Virus record (IMG/VR): IMGVR_UViG_3300008807_000984
Coordinates: 1-7,268 of that record
DNA from: a virus
Length of the DNA: 7,268 bases
Direction: 5' to 3' (one strand)
Part shown: in pieces, positions 1 through 5,808 of the stretch
How the letters are laid out: the number at the start of each line of letters is the position of its first letter
Position numbering within the stretch: position 1 is the first letter of the stretch
The notes under the pieces: generated by a model
What the model saw: only the letters and a program-made list of their open reading frames with translations
Told to the model about the DNA's origin: nothing
The model's database searches: none
Program-made: the position numbers and the translations under genes

Positions 1-99
1 ATAGCTATCGAATCGTGAAACACGATTGCAAGAAATCATGAAACCCTCTGCACGCATACGCTCCTGCCGATGGCTGCGTGTCGCTGTCTAAACGCAGTC
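1..99. repeat. Left copy of the 99-nt exact terminal direct repeat (circular wrap-around)
   Basis: atagctatcgaatcgtgaaacacgattgcaag...gtcgctgtctaaacgcagtc is identical to 7170-7268. The right copy is cut by the window end, so the true overlap is at least 99 nt. Confidence 0.95.
11..27. repeat. Inverted repeat aatcgtg-aaa-cacgatt just after the repressor stop; function unknown
   Basis: 7-bp stem and 3-nt loop read directly; also present at 7180-7196. No T-run follows on either strand, so it is not a canonical intrinsic terminator. Confidence 0.3.
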
Positions 100-130
100 G
101 CCCCCCCCGCAAGCGGGGTCCCCCCCCGAC
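97..130. repeat. Twin homopolymer tracts: gtcg-C8-gcaagc-gggg-t-C8-gac (G8...G8 on the gene-sense strand)
   Basis: C runs at 101-108 and 120-127 flank a ccccgc/gcgggg mini-hairpin. The outer gtcg/cgac are also inverted. Read directly. Confidence 0.9.
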
Positions 131-229
131 TGCAGACAGCGAGGCGGGGCTTTCCCAAGTAGCAGCGAGCACGGTGCACGAAGGTAGAGAAAGTCAAAGG
201 CGGTCTACAGGACGCGGTGAGCGCAGACG

Positions 230-312
230 CAGAACGACCGAACCAGCCGCGTCCGAGCACCACAGCAGATCGACCGCTCACCCCGGCCGCCCGACAGAAC
301 GACCCGCGAACC
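230..312. repeat. Intergenic direct repeat cagaacgacc(-/cgc)gaacc, two copies
   Basis: 230-244 is cagaacgaccgaacc; 295-312 is cagaacgacccgcgaacc. These are the same 15 nt with a 3-nt insertion, and the copies start 65 nt apart. Confidence 0.7.
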
Positions 313-446
313 GAATAGGGCCGCGCCCTGGCACGGTACGGGCTTGGTCTGTATGTCTCGCTCGCGCGAGCCATGTTTGTGGGCCTGCGGCCGGAGCCGG
401 CTGACGCCGGAACAAGAAAACCGACACCGACCCGGGTGCAACGAGC

Positions 447-476
447 ACGCCAGGTCGGGCCAGTAACGCCAGGTCG
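447..476. repeat. Intergenic 11-nt direct repeat acgccaggtcg, two copies
   Basis: 447-457 and 466-476 are identical, 19 nt start-to-start. Confidence 0.8.
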
Positions 477-500
477 AGAACCCCGCCGCAGGACGGGGCC
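472..500 (-). terminator. Candidate weak intrinsic terminator downstream of the 82-aa ORF
   Basis: The minus strand reads CCCCG(T)CC-TGC-GGCGGGG followed by TTCTCGACC, about 55 nt after the TAG at 553-555. The GC-rich stem has one bulge and the U-tract is poor. Confidence 0.3.
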
Positions 501-552
501 TCAGCTCAGTCGCTCATGGTCGACCCGCCCAGCGACGTTACCCAGAACCCGA

Positions 553-801
553 CTACACAGGAGCGAACAACACGTCGACCTTGAAACCGATCTGCTCAAG
601 AGCCGAGACGGCGGAATCAAGCGTCTTGAATTGCCGGGCCTCGTGATCCCGAGCGTCGACCAGCCAGCTTGCACCGTTACCCTTGCCAAGCCAGATGAAC
701 CAGCCGCCGCGCTTCCCGGTCGTCAAATCCCACCGCTTGACCTCGAATCGATCCAGGTAACCCAACTCGAAATCCCGCTTCGCTTGCGCCATCGTCGCCA
801 T
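553..801 (-). CDS. Hypothetical 82-aa cytoplasmic protein; independently promoted cargo gene downstream of zot
   Basis: ATG at 801 preceded by AAGGGG-N7, the same SD and spacing as the ssb gene. TAG stop at 553-555. Its own TTGACA-N17-TAACAT promoter lies upstream. Composition looks globular (MATMAQAKRDFELGYLDRFEVKRWDL...), with no signal peptide or TM. I do not recognise a family. Confidence 0.75.
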   Translation of the reverse strand: MATMAQAKRDFELGYLDRFEVKRWDLTTGKRGGWFIWLGKGNGASWLVDARDHEARQFKTLDSAVSALEQIGFKVDVLFAPV

Positions 802-835
802 CTTCGAACCCCTTACGTTTGTTGAAAGAGACTAG

Positions 836-864
836 ATGTTACGACGTTTCCTGCTTTTTGTCAA
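836..864 (-). promoter_or_regulatory. Sigma70-like promoter for the 82-aa ORF
   Basis: Minus strand: TTGACA (864-859), a 17-nt spacer, then TAACAT (841-836). The predicted start is about 28 nt upstream of the ATG at 801. Confidence 0.5.
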
Positions 865-872
865 GAGGTTTT

Positions 873-911
873 GCCTGTTTTGTTCCACGTGGAACAGGCA
901 ATAGTTGAGTG
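873..911. promoter_or_regulatory. 16-bp perfect palindrome tgttccac/gtggaaca with flanking gcc/ggc and adjacent aatagttgagtg; candidate Rep-binding or origin element
   Basis: The palindrome at 881-896 was read directly. It shares the words TTGTTCCA, TGGAACA, TCCACGT, AATAGT and (inverted) CACTCAAC with the f1/M13 plus-strand origin core as I recall it from phagemid vectors. It lies between the zot stop (928) and the ORF82 promoter. Confidence 0.35.
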
Positions 912-927
912 CCATGTAGGGCATTGA

Positions 928-2094
928 TCACCGCCCGGCCAGGTCGCCCACCTGGCCGACGACTGGCGAATAAACGCCCGCGACGGTCGCCCCCTTGGAG
1001 GATGCCGCCGCTGCCGCCTGGGGCGGCATCGGCGGCTGAGCAGGCGCAGACACCGGACGGGCAGACTCTGCCGCTTGCGCGTCGGCCTGCACTCCGTCTG
1101 GCAGGAACTCGAGGAACGGCATCCGCTCCACCCACTGCGCGCAGATCGATTCAGGCGTATGCAACGCTTGCCCCCGCTGGTTGTAACACTCGCACCGCCG
1201 CCGGGAACGAACGCACCCGACGGGATACTCCACCGCAACCGCCGCAGTCAGCTTTCCGTACACCGGCGCGCTGTAGGGCAACCCCGGTACAACGGGCCGC
1301 CGCGCCGCCATGTACTCGGCAACAGTGCCAGCCGGCAAAACCCGATCCTCGAGAACCGAGCCCGCATCCGCCAAACGCCGGCCCGCGCCCTCGACCTCCG
1401 AAGCAACCTCACCGACCGCCCCCGACAACCGACCGAAGGCGTACCAGCCGACGCCGAGTGTTACCGCGACCAAGAGCGCCCCCAGCCACACCGCACGCGG
1501 CACCCGCCGCACCCGCGGCGTATGCAGTTCGGCGCTTTTGTACAGCCCGAAGACCTCCGCCGGAGGCTGATACCGGACGCGCTCCGCCAGCTTGCGCGAA
1601 CCGACCTCATCCGGAGCGCCTATCTGCCCATCCCAGAACAGGAGCGACGCCCCGTAAGCCGTGCTATGCACGTGGTAATGCCGGTTGACCAGCTTGCGCA
1701 CAGCCGCATCTATCAGACCCGGATGCTGCGTGATCAAAATCACGTCCACGCCCACATGCCGACGCGTGCTCAGCGCCGCGACGTGATCGGGCACACGCGA
1801 CCCTATCGGCCTCGGTGGATAGACCCTCTGCGCCTCGTCCACGACCAGAACGCACCCCTGAGGCAGGCAGAAATACGCGAGCTGGAGAGTCGCGTCTTCC
1901 TCAGCCCGCCGCAGCTCCGTCCACTCTGCAACCGGCGGAGCCGGAGCATGTTCGACACGCAGATCGGGAATCCCGTGCACAAGCACATGCCGCCCCTGCG
2001 AACGCCGGAGCCAATCGACCACCAGAGCGGTTTTTCCCGATCCGGTCGCGCCTGTTACGAGCGTCAGACCCTGCGAGATCCCCAACGTCCTCAC
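928..2094 (-). CDS. zot: Zot-like / inovirus pI morphogenesis (assembly) ATPase
   Basis: 388 aa. Walker A GATGSGKT (aa 14-21) and Walker B-like VLVVDEAQ (aa 82-89). One TM segment, AVWLGALLVAVTLGVGWYAF (about aa 201-220). The periplasmic C-terminal part carries CECYNQRGQ. The GTG start at 2094 overlaps the upstream TGA (GTGA). It is the last gene of the morphogenesis block. Confidence 0.9.
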   Translation of the reverse strand: MRTLGISQGLTLVTGATGSGKTALVVDWLRRSQGRHVLVHGIPDLRVEHAPAPPVAEWTELRRAEEDATLQLAYFCLPQGCVLVVDEAQRVYPPRPIGSRVPDHVAALSTRRHVGVDVILITQHPGLIDAAVRKLVNRHYHVHSTAYGASLLFWDGQIGAPDEVGSRKLAERVRYQPPAEVFGLYKSAELHTPRVRRVPRAVWLGALLVAVTLGVGWYAFGRLSGAVGEVASEVEGAGRRLADAGSVLEDRVLPAGTVAEYMAARRPVVPGLPYSAPVYGKLTAAVAVEYPVGCVRSRRRCECYNQRGQALHTPESICAQWVERMPFLEFLPDGVQADAQAAESARPVSAPAQPPMPPQAAAAASSKGATVAGVYSPVVGQVGDLAGR

Positions 2095-2366
2095 GGTCGC
2101 TTACCCAGCCGCGCCGCCGCGACCAGCCCGGCCCGAGCAACGAGCGCACCCAGCATGATCCCCACGGCACCCGTCAAACCGGCCAGGTTGGCGAGCGCAA
2201 GCATCGCCGCCGGCATCCCTCCCCACAAGGCGATCACCTGCGCCTGCACCGACGCAGCCAGCGTATTGAGAACCTCGTAGGTGAGCCACACGATACCAAG
2301 ACTGGCGAGCACCTTCGCGGCCAGCGGGCCCGCCATCGCCAACAGCCATGCAGCCAAGTTACCCAT
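2091..2366 (-). CDS. pVI-like small hydrophobic minor coat / virion-cap protein (DUF2523-like by architecture)
   Basis: 91 aa and almost entirely hydrophobic with 2-3 predicted TM helices (MGNLAAWLLAMAGPLAAKVLASLGIVWL...). It sits between the pIII-like gene and zot, as in CTXphi ace and Ff gVI. The ATG at 2366 overlaps the pIII-like stop by 8 nt (ATGGGTAA). Confidence 0.65.
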   Translation of the reverse strand: MGNLAAWLLAMAGPLAAKVLASLGIVWLTYEVLNTLAASVQAQVIALWGGMPAAMLALANLAGLTGAVGIMLGALVARAGLVAAARLGKRP

Positions 2367-3837
2367 TGCGCACCCCGCCTACCACGAAGATCCCCGCTCC
2401 CAACCACGCGAGAGCCAGCACGAGCGGACGCACGTAGCCAGCCAGCAAACACGCGCCGTCGAACGGCACCGACCACTGCAAGACTTGAACCGGAGCCGGG
2501 CAGCCCAACGCCTCACCCGGCAGCCCGACAGCCGACACCCCGCCGCCGGTACCAGACGCGCTATCAGCACCCCCACCGGACGCCGGAGCGCCGAGACACG
2601 CAGGACCGTAGGGATCATCCCGACACGCGCTGCTACCATCGCCCTGCGTCTGGCTGCCCGTCGACGCGCTTGTACTGGTGCTAGTACCATTCGTCGCCGT
2701 TCCGCTCGAGCCCCCCCCGGCATTCGTTACCGTCGTCGTCGAGTTACAAGAACCGCCAGTACAAGTCTGCGTCTGCGTCGTCGCCGTCGTGCCCCCGCCA
2801 GGACCCGTCACGACACTCGTTTTCTTCGTCGAGGTCGTCTGCGCATCCACGCACACCACCGTACCGTTGACCGTGCCCCACTGCTTGCCAGCCTTCGCGC
2901 AATCCGCCTCAGGCGTATTCGGCTGCACAACCGGACTCGTCCCGGGAGCAGATGAACACGTAGCACCAGTGAACGAAGGCGAGCCGATCCAGAACCAATT
3001 GCCGCTCGTGCCATAGCCCGCGCCCGAATACTCGCTCCCGAGCGTCACCGTGCACCCCGACACGCACGTCGTCGCAGGTACAGTCGCGCCCACCCCCGTA
3101 TAGATCCGATAGTCAATCGTCAGCGGCTGATCAACCACGCGATACGGGTCACCGCCAACCCCGTTCGCCATGTACTTCCCCGCCGGGCAGGCGGTGCACG
3201 TGCCATCAGACGCCCGCCCGTACTGGCAGTCGGGACGGGTGCACTGATTGCCCTGCAAAGTCCAGTTCTGGCCCGCCGGGCACGAGTAGACCGAACCCTG
3301 ACTACAGGTCCACCCCGGGTACGAGCCCACGATGCTTCCCGCCGCGCAGTACCAATCCCGCCTGAGCTGATAAGTCCAACCCGATCCGCCGTTCCCCATC
3401 TGCGTAGCACTCTGACGAACCGTGAACCACTCGACGACACCACTACCGGCACCATCGTAAGCCGCTGGCCTCGGCGGAGGAGTAACACTCCAATACGACG
3501 GACCATAAGCCCAACCCCCGGCACCCGCCGCGCTGTAGTGTTGCAACGCCCGCGACTGCGCCTCGGAATACGTGCCCGTAAACGGAGCGCCCCAAGGCCC
3601 AGCCCAAGACTCGAGAGGCACAGCAGAACCCGCGGTCGCCGCTATCGTTTCCGCCCTCGCCGGCACGAGCCAGACGAAAGCGATCAGCACCCCGAACGCG
3701 AACGCCAGCAGCCCCCGCACCACACGCCAGATCACAGTCGCCACACCAGCACGCCACCAAGAAGAACGACGGTCAGGAACCCCGACCACTGCAGAAACAC
3801 GATGTCCACCGCTCACCCTCTCAGAAAGCGCCCCCAC
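2359..3837 (-). CDS. pIII-like adsorption / minor coat protein (start uncertain: GTG 3837, GTG 3816 or GTG about 3744)
   Basis: It is the largest ORF of the coat-to-zot block and lies immediately before the pVI-like gene. It has a signal-peptide-like segment, RGLLAFAFGVLIAFVWLVPARA/ETIA. I count 18 Cys in the ectodomain. A G/S/T-rich linker (TNAGGGSSGTATNGTSTSTSASTGSQTQGDGSS) precedes a C-terminal hydrophobic anchor, LVLALAWLGAGIFVVGG. GTG 3816 forms GTGA with the upstream stop. Confidence 0.7.
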   Translation of the reverse strand: MGALSERVSGGHRVSAVVGVPDRRSSWWRAGVATVIWRVVRGLLAFAFGVLIAFVWLVPARAETIAATAGSAVPLESWAGPWGAPFTGTYSEAQSRALQHYSAAGAGGWAYGPSYWSVTPPPRPAAYDGAGSGVVEWFTVRQSATQMGNGGSGWTYQLRRDWYCAAGSIVGSYPGWTCSQGSVYSCPAGQNWTLQGNQCTRPDCQYGRASDGTCTACPAGKYMANGVGGDPYRVVDQPLTIDYRIYTGVGATVPATTCVSGCTVTLGSEYSGAGYGTSGNWFWIGSPSFTGATCSSAPGTSPVVQPNTPEADCAKAGKQWGTVNGTVVCVDAQTTSTKKTSVVTGPGGGTTATTQTQTCTGGSCNSTTTVTNAGGGSSGTATNGTSTSTSASTGSQTQGDGSSACRDDPYGPACLGAPASGGGADSASGTGGGVSAVGLPGEALGCPAPVQVLQWSVPFDGACLLAGYVRPLVLALAWLGAGIFVVGGVRNG

Positions 3838-4196
3838 GCCAGCACACCGACCGCGACCGCGACCGCCGCTTGCTCGAACGCAACAACCACGCCGAAGTCA
3901 CCCGCATAGTCGACCGGATAGGTCACTCCCGGCGAGCACATCGACCCCATGTACAAATTGCTCCCCTGCACGGTGTACGACCCGCCAAACGCACGACGAA
4001 GAACGGTAATCGTGCCCGGGCCGAACGCATCGCCCAGCCCAACGGACCAGCAATAGTCGCCCCCGGTACCGCAACCGGCATCGCGCCCGACGAACGCCCA
4101 AGAACAGTAGCCAGTCTCCGGCAGGTACTGCCACGGGTCGCCGCCAGGCGCACCGAAAGCAGGTGCCGCAGGAGCACCAGGTGGAAGCGCAGGCAT
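3813..4196 (-). CDS. Hypothetical 127-aa protein with C-terminal hydrophobic anchor (putative minor virion or morphogenesis protein)
   Basis: The ATG at 4196 overlaps the upstream TAA by one base (TAATG). It has a P/A/G-rich N-terminus, 4 Cys, and the C-terminal segment FGVVVAFEQAAVAVAVGVLAWGRFLRG. Third-position G/T bias matches the other genes. The longer track ORF (to 4232) would overlap the upstream gene by 37 nt. Confidence 0.55.
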   Translation of the reverse strand: MPALPPGAPAAPAFGAPGGDPWQYLPETGYCSWAFVGRDAGCGTGGDYCWSVGLGDAFGPGTITVLRRAFGGSYTVQGSNLYMGSMCSPGVTYPVDYAGDFGVVVAFEQAAVAVAVGVLAWGRFLRG

Positions 4197-4534
4197 TACA
4201 AGAGCTGCCGCCGGATCACCGCGGCCCACCAAGCGACCAACAACACACCGAGAACCAGCATGCCAACCGCCGCGCCATCGACGAACGCGCCCGCCGGGTC
4301 ACAGGTGGCGACGCCCGACGAACTCACCGGCACCGAACCGCACGCCAGACCCGACCGCACCGCCGTCGAACTCAATTGCGCCCGGCAGAACTGCCAGCCC
4401 GCAGACGCATCCTTCTTGAAGAAGGTTTCATACGTAGTCGCCGCAGGGTTGTACGTCGGAGGAATCGCTCCGAAAGTGGCGTCCTGCCACTGTTCCCACG
4501 TGTCGTAACACATCGTTCCCCGCAAGTAACCCAC
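4196..4534 (-). CDS. 112-aa tail-anchored protein whose C-terminal 28 aa align without gaps to the major coat protein (coat paralog / putative minor coat)
   Basis: The GTG at 4534 is preceded by GGGAGG-N8. There are 4 Cys and no N-terminal signal peptide. The C-terminus VDGAAVGMLVLGVLLVAWWAAVIRRQLL aligns to the coat ADAITVATAMVGVTAALLVFRYIRRQLH with 10/28 identical residues, including IRRQL at the same distance from the stop. Confidence 0.6.
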   Translation of the reverse strand: MGYLRGTMCYDTWEQWQDATFGAIPPTYNPAATTYETFFKKDASAGWQFCRAQLSSTAVRSGLACGSVPVSSSGVATCDPAGAFVDGAAVGMLVLGVLLVAWWAAVIRRQLL

Positions 4535-4548
4535 GCGGCAGACCTCCC

Positions 4549-4575
4549 GAAGAAGAAGGGCCGCCGCAGCGGCCC
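4549..4575 (-). terminator. Intrinsic (probably leaky) terminator immediately after the major coat gene
   Basis: The minus strand reads GGGCCGC-TGCG-GCGGCCC followed by TTCTTCTTC, starting 11 nt after the coat TAA. The SD (GGGAGG) of the next gene follows directly. This matches the position of the attenuating terminator after gVIII in Ff phages. Confidence 0.6.
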
Positions 4576-4585
4576 GGACGCCGGC

Positions 4586-4771
4586 TTAGTGAAGCTGGCG
4601 ACGGATGTACCGGAAGACCAGGAGCGCCGCGGTAACGCCGACCATGGCGGTCGCCACCGTGATCGCATCGGCCTGCAGATCGGTAATGGCCGTGGTGATG
4701 GCCGTCGGAACGGCAGCGAACGCGCTCAGCGGAGCGATGGAGACGGCAACGCCGGCAATCTTCTTGATCAT
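4586..4771 (-). CDS. Major coat protein (g8p-type) precursor, 61 aa
   Basis: ATG at 4771 with a consensus AGGAGG-N6 SD. The signal peptide MIKKIAGVAVSIAPLSAFA has an AFA/A cleavage motif. The mature protein is about 42 aa, with an acidic/polar N-terminus (TDLQAD), a hydrophobic core and a basic C-terminus (RYIRRQLH). The 144-aa track ORF is a spurious upstream extension into rep. Confidence 0.9.
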   Translation of the reverse strand: MIKKIAGVAVSIAPLSAFAAVPTAITTAITDLQADAITVATAMVGVTAALLVFRYIRRQLH

Positions 4772-4783
4772 GACAAACCTCCT

Positions 4784-4846
4784 GAAAGGAAAAAGGAACG
4801 CACCATTGCGCCCCCGCAAGCCCCAAGGCTTGCAGTGAAACACTGG
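4784..4846 (-). promoter_or_regulatory. rep-coat intergenic stem-loops plus pyrimidine tract upstream of the coat SD
   Basis: Minus strand after the rep TAG: CAGTG-TTT-CACTG, then GCAAGCC-TTGG-GGCTTGC (4833-4816), then TTCCTTTTTCCTTTC (4798-4784) abutting AGGAGG. The structures were read directly. Whether this is an attenuator, a processing site or a translational enhancer is unknown. Confidence 0.3.
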
Positions 4847-4848
4847 CA

Positions 4849-5808
4849 CTACGCCGCCAACGCGGACACCTGACGCACCTCCACCTGCCGAACTACCCGA
4901 GTGAGAGCCTGCACATTGCACGGGACCCGGATATCGAAACCGCACGCAAGCAGACGATTCGCGACCCGGTGGAAGGTCGATTCCGCGCACAACGACCGCA
5001 CGTCGACACCATCCCGCCAAAGGACGGCGTAATGACGCAGCCGCGCCGGAATCTCATCCCACCGCTCGACACTCACCGAATCGCGGAACACCTGGCCCGC
5101 GAACCGCCCATAAATCACCTTCGCCATATCATCACCCGTGCCCCATGCCTCTACCGTGTCCAAACCTGCCCGACGCAGGTACTCCGCCCCCAGTTGAACC
5201 TCGAACCGAGCGACCGTAGGCCCAACGCCCCCCCGCTTCTTCCCGGCCAGCTCCGCAGTCTTGTCGTACAGCTTCGCCCGGTACCAGCCCGCGCGCTTCG
5301 CCCCGTAGCCCCACGTCGGCCCGTACCTCCCCATGATCGGGAGAATCCGCCCGATCCGCCGCACCGACATCGCGTGGCACAAACCCGCGTAATCGCTTAC
5401 CTCGTAGTTGCCGGCGAGGTCCACACGCGTCACCACGGTACCGAGCCGCCCGAACTCCGACCGAGAACCGGCAGACCCGAAGTCATGCAGCTCGAAGCCG
5501 CACACATCAAGAAGCACTCGCGCACGCTCGGCGCAATGAGCAACCGAATAGCCCCGCAGATTGTCCGCCCGCCCGTACCGCCCGATATTGCCGCTCACCC
5601 GCAGAGTGCGACCGTCGCACCGCGCCCTGATCGACGTGTCGCTGGACTCGCACCGGATGGAATCCCAACACTGAGACTGCCACTCCAGACAGCCGTCGGG
5701 ATCGAGCTTCAGGACCCGCCCGGACTCGCGCATGGGCACCCCATCCTGATAGGTGTGGACCAGCGTCAACCAGTCACAACAAACCGATTCCACGTGCCCG
5801 ACTCTCAC
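4849..5808 (-). CDS. Rolling-circle replication initiation protein, phage gene II/X (Phage_CRI-like) family
   Basis: 319 aa. It has an N-terminal CDWLTLVH motif, RVDLAGNYEV, and the Tyr-containing AKLYDKT motif, which I recall as typical of gpII/RstA-type inovirus Rep proteins. Size and position fit an inovirus replication module. The GTG start at 5808 lies inside an 18-bp palindrome (alternative GTG at 5793). Confidence 0.8.
   Translation of the reverse strand: MRVGHVESVCCDWLTLVHTYQDGVPMRESGRVLKLDPDGCLEWQSQCWDSIRCESSDTSIRARCDGRTLRVSGNIGRYGRADNLRGYSVAHCAERARVLLDVCGFELHDFGSAGSRSEFGRLGTVVTRVDLAGNYEVSDYAGLCHAMSVRRIGRILPIMGRYGPTWGYGAKRAGWYRAKLYDKTAELAGKKRGGVGPTVARFEVQLGAEYLRRAGLDTVEAWGTGDDMAKVIYGRFAGQVFRDSVSVERWDEIPARLRHYAVLWRDGVDVRSLCAESTFHRVANRLLACGFDIRVPCNVQALTRVVRQVEVRQVSALAA

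Noticed and set aside
1-99. Terminal 99-nt repeats as attL/attR or LTR-like element ends
   Set aside because: The right copy is cut off by the window boundary, and the repressor ORF reads across the junction into the repeat. This is what a wrapped circular genome or a tandem copy looks like, not bounded att sites.
36-825. ORFs in the non-coding region (36-374 -, 78-404 +, 205-441 -, 373-825 +, 501-689 -)
   Set aside because: The translations are Arg/Gly/Ser-rich and junk-like, with no SD or start context. They overlap one another or run antisense to the 82-aa gene. The A-poor/T-poor skew again suppresses stop codons.
873-899. The palindrome after zot as a rho-independent terminator
   Set aside because: No T/U-run follows it on either strand (the minus strand continues AAAACC). 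I list it as a candidate protein-binding or origin dyad instead.
1510-1512. In-frame internal GTG (Val195 of Zot) just before the TM segment as a pXI-like internal start
   Set aside because: The position is analogous to Ff pXI, but there is no SD-like sequence upstream and GTG codons are abundant in this genome. It cannot be supported from sequence alone.
15-4844. Shared 9-mer GTGAAACAC at the centre of small dyads at 15-23 and 4835-4843, and recurring TTGCA words
   Set aside because: Repeated 9-mers are expected many times by chance in about 7.2 kb counted on both strands. No consistent spacing or flanking conservation is present.
4772-5020. Upstream extension of the coat ORF to 144 aa (4586-5020)
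   Set aside because: The extension overlaps the 3' end of rep and looks non-protein-like. An internal ATG at 4771 has a consensus AGGAGG SD and yields a textbook g8p precursor.
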